64,000 nucleotides of DNA from Octopus sinensis (Eukaryota), in contig NC_042999.1 of the NCBI RefSeq assembly GCF_006345805.1, positions 7,812,001-7,876,000 of the forward strand. The letters are read 5' to 3'. The notes under the pieces are model-generated. The model made no database searches. It was not told where the DNA came from and saw only the letters and a list, made by a program, of their open reading frames with translations. Shown piece after piece: positions 55,714 to 64,000 of this stretch (positions within the stretch are counted from its first letter, which is position 1; every line of letters begins with the position of its first letter). Made by a program: the position numbers and the translations under genes.

Positions 55714-55957
55714 CATGTATGCATGTATGTATGTATGTATGTATGTATGTATGTATGTATGTATGTATGTATGTATGCATGTATGTATGTATGTATGTAT
55801 GTATGTATGTATGCATGTATGCATGTATGTATGTATGTATGTAAGTATGTATGTATGCATGTATGTATGTATGTATGTATGTATGCATGTATGCATGTAT
55901 GCATGTATGTATGTATGTAAGTATGTATGTATGTATGTATGTATGCATGCATGTATG

Positions 55958-55991
<34 letters not shown>

Positions 55992-56109
55992 TGTATGTAT
56001 GCATGTATGTATGTATGTAAGTATGTATGTATGTATGCATGTATGCATGTATGCATGTATGTATGTATGTAAGTATGTATGTATGTATGTATGTATGTAT
56101 GCATGCATG

Positions 56110-56143
<34 letters not shown>

Positions 56144-56427
56144 TGCATGTATGCATGTATGTATGTATGTAAGTATGTATGTATGCATGCATGTATGTAT
56201 GTATGTATGTATGTATGTATGCATGTATGTATGTAGTTAAGTATGTATGCATGTAGGTATGTATGTATGTATGTAGTATGTATGTATTATTGTATGCTGT
56301 ATGTATGTATGTATGTATGGTTAGGTTGTATGTATGTAAGTATGTATGTATGTAAGTATGTATGTGTATGTATGTATGTAATGTATGTATGTATGTATGT
56401 AAGTATGTAGGTATGTGTTTATGTGTG

Positions 56428-56458
<31 letters not shown>

Positions 56459-56540
56459 TGTATGTGTGTATGTATGTGTGTATGTATGTATGTATGTATG
56501 TATGCATGTATGTATGTGTGTATGTATGTATGTGTGTGCT
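55714..56540. repeat. (TATG/CATG)n microsatellite
   Basis: Direct reading. Confidence 0.95.
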
Positions 56541-56875
56541 TACTGAATACATGGTGTGTGCGGATAATTTGTTAATTAATCAGTTTCTTACGTTGAATAT
56601 ATAAAAAATTACCTCATCATCAAAAAGGTTCTAGACTTCAACTGCAAGACTTACTTTCTCCGTTCCCCCTCTCTCTCTTCTCTCCCCATCTCTCTCTATC
56701 TCTTCTCCCTTTTCTCTTTCTTCTCCATTCTTTTCCCTTTCCCCTCTCTCTCCTCCTCTCTTTCTCCAGATTAAATCGAAGAAAACCTCATTGAAACCAG
56801 TCTGAATCGCAATTACCAAACTTGACTAAAAAGTTACAATCGGTTTTACATACATACATACATACATACATACAA

Positions 56876-56956
<81 letters not shown>

Positions 56957-56957
<1 letters not shown>

Positions 56958-57222
56958 TTTATTTTAAGCAGCAGAAAATTCAACAATCTGTTACTCTGAA
57001 TTTCTCGTTGCCGTTCATCAGACAGTTTTTGCTAGAATGGAACCGATATATTGATATATCGGTTCCATTCTAGCAAAACTGTCTGATGAACGGCAACGAG
57101 AAATTCAGAGTAACAGATTTTGTTGAATTTTCTGCTGCTTAAAATAAAGCATATTACTCTACCACTGGTATTTGAGTACTCTTTTTTCCACCTTGTTTCA
57201 CATTTATGTGTTTACTCCGGTA
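56957..57222. mobile_element. Fold-back element in (TA)n, copy 2
   Basis: Arms 56957-57050 and 57053-57149 differ only by two homopolymer indels; same unique tail as copy 1. Confidence 0.88.
57079..57116 (+). ncRNA. Hammerhead-like motif in the fold-back arm (mirrored on the minus strand in the left arm)
   Basis: CTGT-CTGATGA-A-CG-GCAA-CG-A-GAAA-TTC-A-GAG-TA-ACAG; the stem II junction is non-canonical. Confidence 0.55.
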
Positions 57223-57232
57223 TATATATTAG

Positions 57233-57341
<109 letters not shown>

Positions 57342-57533
57342 ATATATATATACATATATATATATATACAACACACACACACACACACATATATATATAC
57401 ATATATATAACAATACAGTGTACATTCAAACACATAAGAGATGACCAATAATAGGATATCTTAACTGCTCTTTCTAGTGAGTCAGATATCCTAATATTGG
57501 TTATCTCTTATGTGTTTGAATGTACACTGTATT

Positions 57534-57567
<34 letters not shown>

Positions 57568-57593
57568 CAAAATGTATATACTTTCAAAATGTG

Positions 57594-57790
57594 ACCTCGT
57601 GTGTACCGTTGGCGATTTTTTCCCCTCTGTCTTCCCTTCTCTGGATCTTTCCTTCTCCTATGTTTCCGACGAAGAGCTCCGCTCGAAACGTTAAACCTCC
57701 CTTCTTCCCTTCTTTCCTGAGCGTCCAATAATACTATATTTGTCCTCGCGTTGTTGTGTTTTTTTGTGTTTTCTTGTTTGGATTAACTAT
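57594..57790 (+). mobile_element. Solo Penelope pseudo-LTR fragment with hammerhead-like motif at 57662-57696
   Basis: GTTT-CCGACGA-A-GAGC-TCC-GCTC-GAAAC-GTT-AAAC, followed by tttcctgagcg as in 273-410. Confidence 0.65.
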
Positions 57791-59139
57791 ATATATATAT
57801 GTATGTATATATGTATATATATATATATACATGCATACATACTTATATATCTGTTGGTGATGGAATTTGTGGGTCACCAGAACCATCCAGTTATTTCTCT
57901 TGGGATCGAACCCACCACCTTCCAACCGTCATCTTCTCTCCAGTCGTTCAAAACTTTCACGACAACAGCTGCAATATATTTTCCTTTCTTTTCTGAAGAA
58001 TAAAAACGTCAGTCTTCTGTCGTCTGTTCTTGCAATATCTCTTAGTATTAAATAGTTCTACACTAGTACAGTTCTACTTTATTCTATGTCGTAAAACCAA
58101 TTTTCTGGAAGTGCACACCTATTCTTTTAATGGCAGATTGAGAAGAAGCGATTCCTTCCTTCCTCTCTTTCTCTTCCTCCGCCTCCTACTTCTCCCTCTC
58201 CTTCCTCCCACTCCTTCTCCTTCTCATCGTTGGAGTGTGTATTTCAGAATATGCCGTTCTTGCTTCACAACGAACAGCAATTTCGTTATCTATCGTCTAC
58301 ATCAGTTATGGAATTTCTTTTTCTTTGAGGCGTATCAAACACAAAACAAAAAAAAAACAAAACAAAAGAACCATAACTTAATCGAGACAACCAAGATGGA
58401 ATTAGAGATACTTTGGCACTACTTTTTATTTAAATATTAAAAGAAACATTTCTTGTAGACTTCCATTTCAAAGAAACCCATAAATTCATTTCCTCTCATT
58501 TAAAATACTTTTTCAAACTTCTTTTTATTTTAAAGAACAATTCACAACCACCTTTTCTCTCTCTATTTTCACGTCGTACAATTTTATTTATTCTTTTTAT
58601 GTGTCTCTTATCGGACACATTGGCCTTTAAGTGTGAGAGATGCAAATCTAAGAATTTTCAGTTTCGTTTTTATTCATAAAACTCTCTACGCAACTTTGCA
58701 ACACAAATTCTTTTTCTAAACGAATGCTGTGAAGCGCCGCGCGTGGAACAAACATTTAGAAGTTTGGACAAAACAGCCTGTTTAAATGGCGATATATATT
58801 ACACTTTAATGCGCCAAATTTGCGGAAACATAATCAGCTTTATTTTTTTGTCTAAAAGTGTAAATGCAATATTTCATCTCAGGCCATGGATTTAATTTAC
58901 TAAAACTCTTATATTCAAAGAAAAAAAATAGTATCAATCCTCATTATCAGACAACTCTTATGCGCACAGAATTGTGACATATCGACACACAGCCAGACAT
59001 TAAACACAATTATTCGTGGATTACTTTTATAATACACATCAAGTTCTTAGACTCGATATGAATTCCGAGGCAAGTATGGCCCTGCACGAACCTGCTTTTA
59101 ATAAACCTCACGTTAAGCTTCCCATCTGAGAAACTTTTG

Positions 59140-59470
59140 CTTGTGTTTCAGTATTTTGTTTATTTTGGGCAGCATATTTACATCAGGTTGAAACCCTGAC
59201 AATGAAATCTCTCTTCGTTTTGAATACGGATCACGATCCTTCTGAAATCTTGGAACGTGTTTATGGTTTAAATGTGGCATAAAACCAACAATAAAAATCT
59301 CTGTATATGAAGCGTTTATTTTGGCAGTTCTTCTTCCCGGCTATAAAATCCAGATCGCTATAAACACCAAGACAAATTACAGGAACCTTTCTCGTGATGC
59401 ACCTTTTGCAACAATCACACATACACATCAAATATCAAAGTTCTAGAGAAAGAGAGAGAAAGTGTGAAAT

Positions 59471-59509
<39 letters not shown>

Positions 59510-59800
59510 AGAGAGTAGAGTTACGAAATATACAAACTTGAATTAATATTTTTTTTCCTTTGGCCTGGTCATCTTGTTAGCATGGACAATTCACGGATTC
59601 CGAAACAAATGTCCATAGAGAATTACAGCCGTAGCCAATGCAACGGTTCAGAACTACACCTCAGGGGTAAGGGTTGATTAAAATGCTGCTTCCGAAAGTA
59701 TTAAGTTCCTTGGATAATTCGTCGGAACGTCATGAACAAAATAAGGAAAGGCGAAGAGAGAGAATAAGCGACCATAGCTTCGTACGAACGTTCTGTAAAA
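59140..59800 (+). mobile_element. Degenerate RTE ORF2 remnant interrupted by (GA)n
   Basis: FVYxGSIFTS and WPGHLVSMDNSRIPKQM motifs. Confidence 0.55.
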
Positions 59801-60082
59801 AAACAAAAGGAGGGAATTGTCTCACATTACCAGTCAATAGACATGGAATGCGGATGGTAGAGTTTGACTCTCGTTGGCTGGTCTCAAAGACTTTTGAAGT
59901 AAGCATAATAGATTATCAAAAGTTCTAACATGGTTCGTGTAAATGACTCTAGCTGTCATTTTCTGATGCAAAATAAAGAGTATGGCTCGTTGGTAGCCTG
60001 AAGGGTTACCATGTGGTTCGTGAATTATAGAAAAGGTTCGGGAACTTGTCAGACATTGGTATTACAAGAATCGGCTGGGAAG

Positions 60083-60084
<2 letters not shown>

Positions 60085-60113
<29 letters not shown>

Positions 60114-60330
60114 TGTATGTATGTATGTATGTATGTATGTATGTACGTACGTACGTACGTACGTACGTACGTATGTATGTATGTATGTATGTATGTATGT
60201 ATGTACGTACGTACGTACGTACGTACGTATGCATGTATGTATGTATGTATGTATGTACGTACGTATGTATGTATGTATGTATGTATGTATGTATGTATGT
60301 ATGTATGTATGTATGTATGTATGTATGTAT
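60085..60330. repeat. (TATG)n/(TACG)n microsatellite
   Basis: Direct reading. Confidence 0.95.
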
Positions 60331-61014
60331 CCATGCTTGTATGTAATGATTGATGGGGGGATGGATGGAGACACTCAAGCACGGAAATAAAAGAGAAGCG
60401 AACACATTGCATGTAAAAGTTAAATATTTGCACGAACAAGTTGCCCTCAGGTTAACCTAACCGGAAATTTTCCGTCGGCGCAAGATTCATCTCTTATTGT
60501 TTGGACGCAACAATACTCATTAGAGAGGCGACCTCAACCTCTAGAAAGAACTGGTAGCCATTGGAGGATAAACAAGGTATCTTCGCTTGTTGTTCAATTT
60601 GTATCCCATAATGGACTCAATAAGTCGGTGCTAAACAAAGAGCTGCTGGCAGACGAGTTATGAACGGGAGGCGGTTGTTTAGCATCACATATTCATTTCA
60701 TGAAAGACTCATAGATGTGTGTGTGTGTGTATGTTTATACAGTGAGGAACGGAGGGGTGGGGACAGTCAACTCAAGTATTCTCCAGTTGTTTTACACTCT
60801 TTCTCAGTTACCACCAGTGGCTCAAATAAAATCCTACTTCCACATTTAAATTCCTGTCATCTCCACCGTGAAGATGGAAATTTTACGAAACGTCGAAAAT
60901 TCCACTCTTCATAATTTTTTACATCTTTCTGTTTTTCTAATAAATAAAATTCTCCCCGATGCGGATTATTAAATTTCTCTATTGATTTTGTTTTATATTA
61001 TGTGTGTGAGTATT

Positions 61015-61078
<64 letters not shown>

Positions 61079-61690
61079 TGTGTGTGTGTGAATGGCGATG
61101 TATGGGTGTGATGAAAACTGGTCATCTTTCGGTTGAATTAAACACGTTTTATAACCTATTTCTTCACTTCGGGTTGACTTCACATTTATCCCCCGATAAA
61201 GGCCAGTATTTCAGAATTAATCCTGATACAGACTTTTATTCACCATCAACACTCTCAACTTTGGTAACGGATCCTGAAAACAATCGTTCTTGAGCAACTT
61301 TTCATCTATTCCCTCTTCTTCCTTTTCTCCTTTTCAGCCTTTTGTTCTTCCTTTTCCCTTCCATACGCTGTTTCACTTTCCTTACCGGTTTCCACCCATT
61401 TTCCCTTCGATTATTATCTTGTTTTTCCTTCTTTTTCATATTCACTGCATTAAAATAATATATATTCACCCTTCAAACTACTTTTCAAAAAATTATGACT
61501 GAAACAGAATTAGCTTTCTGTATGTCGGGTATTAAAACACAAAAGCACAACCAGACACTCGCAAACGCACGTCTGAGTTTATGAGAGAATATGTTTACAA
61601 ATATGTATCTGCGTATGCGCGTAGGCGTACAAATATACGTGTGCGTATGTGTGTATGTGTGTAAATGTGTGTACAAGTTTATATGTGTAA

Positions 61691-61733
<43 letters not shown>

Positions 61734-62491
61734 TGTGTATCTGTATGTGTGCGTATGTATAAATGTGTGTGTGCATGTATATGTGTGTGCGTATGTATAA
61801 ATGTTTGTGCAAGTATATGTATGTGTGTGTGTAATATATATGTATGTATTATATATATATGTGTGTATATATGTACATATATATGGATATGTATATGTAT
61901 CTTTATGTGTGTCCTCGTATGTAAATGTGTATGTAAGTATACATACATGTGTGTGTGTGTGTATTGTGTGTGTGTGTGTGTTTGTGTGTGTGTGTGGTGT
62001 GTGTGTGTGTACATATGTACGTATGTATGTATAATGGAATAAACTGAAAACATTTCATAACTCTCCAACATTTAATCGCTGCTAAACATAAGAAAATTCT
62101 AATGAGAAGTGAAAGAACTTTTGATTTATTCTCCTTATTTAAACAATATTTACTTGATGTATTTTTTTAAAATTTGTAATTGTTATAAGCATAATGTCGT
62201 GATAGCGAAAGTTAGACTGGCGGGTGGAAGTGACAAACAAGCGTTTCTAAGTTTTTAAAGATGGCGACGCATATTCACAGAGGCATTAATCAAAGCGAAA
62301 GTGCGCCGTTGAGAATGAGCTGTACGTCTTGAGCAAACAAACGTTCAGAAGAGACAAAGGAAAAAAACTAATTAAAATTTCAATGTTTAAGTTTCTACAA
62401 GCATTTGTGATTATTGTTTCAAAAGTTTGCTCACAGCTTTAGCCACCACATACACCACACACACACACGCACACACACACACACAGACACA

Positions 62492-62537
<46 letters not shown>

Positions 62538-62714
62538 AACAAACGTATAGATATCATTCATGTCACCTTGAATGATTGTGTTTATTTAAACATGAAAACA
62601 TAGATGCATAAGTATATGTGTGAAAACATGGACGGCAGACAGGCATACACACACACACACACACGCACACACGCGCACACGTACACACACACACACGCGC
62701 GCACACTGACACAT

Positions 62715-63139
62715 AGGCGCAAGCATGACTGTATGGTAAGAAGCTTGCTTACCAACCACATGGTTCTGGGTTCAGTCCCTCTGCGTGGCACTGTGGGCAA
62801 GTGTCGTCTGCTATAGCCTTGGGCCAACCAAAGCCTTGTGAGTGGATTTGGTAGACGGAAACTGAAAGAAGCCCATGGTACATACATATATATATATATA
62901 ATTTAATAAATAAAATATATGTATGCATACATACATACATATATGTACGTACCTACATCTATATGTATATATACATGCATATATATTATATATATATATA
63001 TATAATATATATATATATATATGAGTACAGGACACCACAAATAAACGTAGAACACAACGAATGTATGCATATATTTCATTTATTTAATTATTATATGACT
63101 GAGCGCCCTCGCGTCGTTTCGTTTCTTTTCTTCCAAGTA

Positions 63140-63220
<81 letters not shown>

Positions 63221-63235
63221 ATATATATTATATAT

Positions 63236-63267
<32 letters not shown>

Positions 63268-63520
63268 AGCATAATATATATTATATATATACATGTATAT
63301 TTGTATGTGTGTGTTTTGTTGCTAGTTTATCCCCCTACCATCGCTTGACAACCGATGCTGGTGTTTATATGTCCCTGTAACTTAGCGGCTCGCGAGAATA
63401 GACCGATAGAATAAGCACCAGGCTTACAAAGATTAAGCCAAAGAGTTAATTTCGTCGACCAAAAGGCGGTGCTCCAGCATGGCCACAGTCAAATGACTGA
63501 AATAAAAGAATAAAAGAATA
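62715..63520 (+). mobile_element. SINE S3 split by an expanded (TA)n that holds a small insert (63022-63145)
   Basis: Head 62715-62876 and tail 63325-63520; the insert contains ctgagcgccctcgcgtcg, similar to the Penelope pseudo-LTR at 57715-57755. Confidence 0.7.
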
Positions 63521-63790
63521 TATATAGGTATGTATGTCACGTGACCGACCAGACTATTGCATATTGCTATACATCGCTGGTCACAATGCACTTCGCATTG
63601 CTTTAGCTTGGAAAGATGCCAAACTCACTGGATAGGCGAGCTAGCCAACGTTACTGGCGATCGGAAGGCTGAGTACACTGGAGCAACGTGAAATGAACTG
63701 TTTTGCTCAAGAACACAACGCGTCGCCCGGGCCACGGATCATGTCCACGACCGCACGATCGTGAGTGTAACATCCTAACCATCAGGTCAC

Positions 63791-63839
<49 letters not shown>

Positions 63840-64000
63840 AGAGGGTTATGGCATATTATCGTAGCAGAGAACAGTATAAAGCTCGTACACTTTCAGATTT
63901 CACCCTGCGCTATCCAGGTTTGCGTTTGGGATTCTGTTTTGTGTGAAGAGATAATTGAAAAAAAATTTGGAGTCAACAAGAAGGAGTACAGTTGGACATT

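Noticed and set aside
60866-60896. GTGAAGA...CGAAACGTC hammerhead-like remnant
   Set aside because: Core C3 is missing and the stems are weak; at most a decayed Penelope end.

Overview
Repeat-saturated animal genomic DNA. The SINE complement and microsatellite load look like an octopus or other cephalopod (inference; not searched). No host protein-coding exon can be supported, and most long ORFs in the track come from microsatellites or antisense frames. The dominant structure is a head-to-tail array (6.9-24.4 kb, minus strand) of Tx1/L1-clade non-LTR retrotransposons: two full-length copies from two subfamilies (ORF1 with CCHC knuckle; ORF2 with APE, RT and C-terminal CCHC) and two 5'-truncated copies. 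Each is bounded on both sides by (GATA)n/(TATC)n, and a fifth copy at 31.9-32.3 kb is inverted together with its microsatellite. Also present: a Penelope-like element (GIY-YIG) with a minimal hammerhead-like motif, fold-back elements in (TA)n carrying hammerhead-like cores, Dong/R4 fragments with (TAA)n, RTE and CR1 remnants, a non-autonomous Helitron, four tRNA-derived SINE families, and an 18-copy ~100-bp satellite with a 6-mer higher-order repeat. Best leads: (1) an apparently (TATC)n-specific Tx1 family that stacks in its own target; (2) an abundant SINE whose 3' tail matches that Tx1 3' end; (3) hammerhead-bearing fold-back elements whose two arms appear to be copied from each other per locus.
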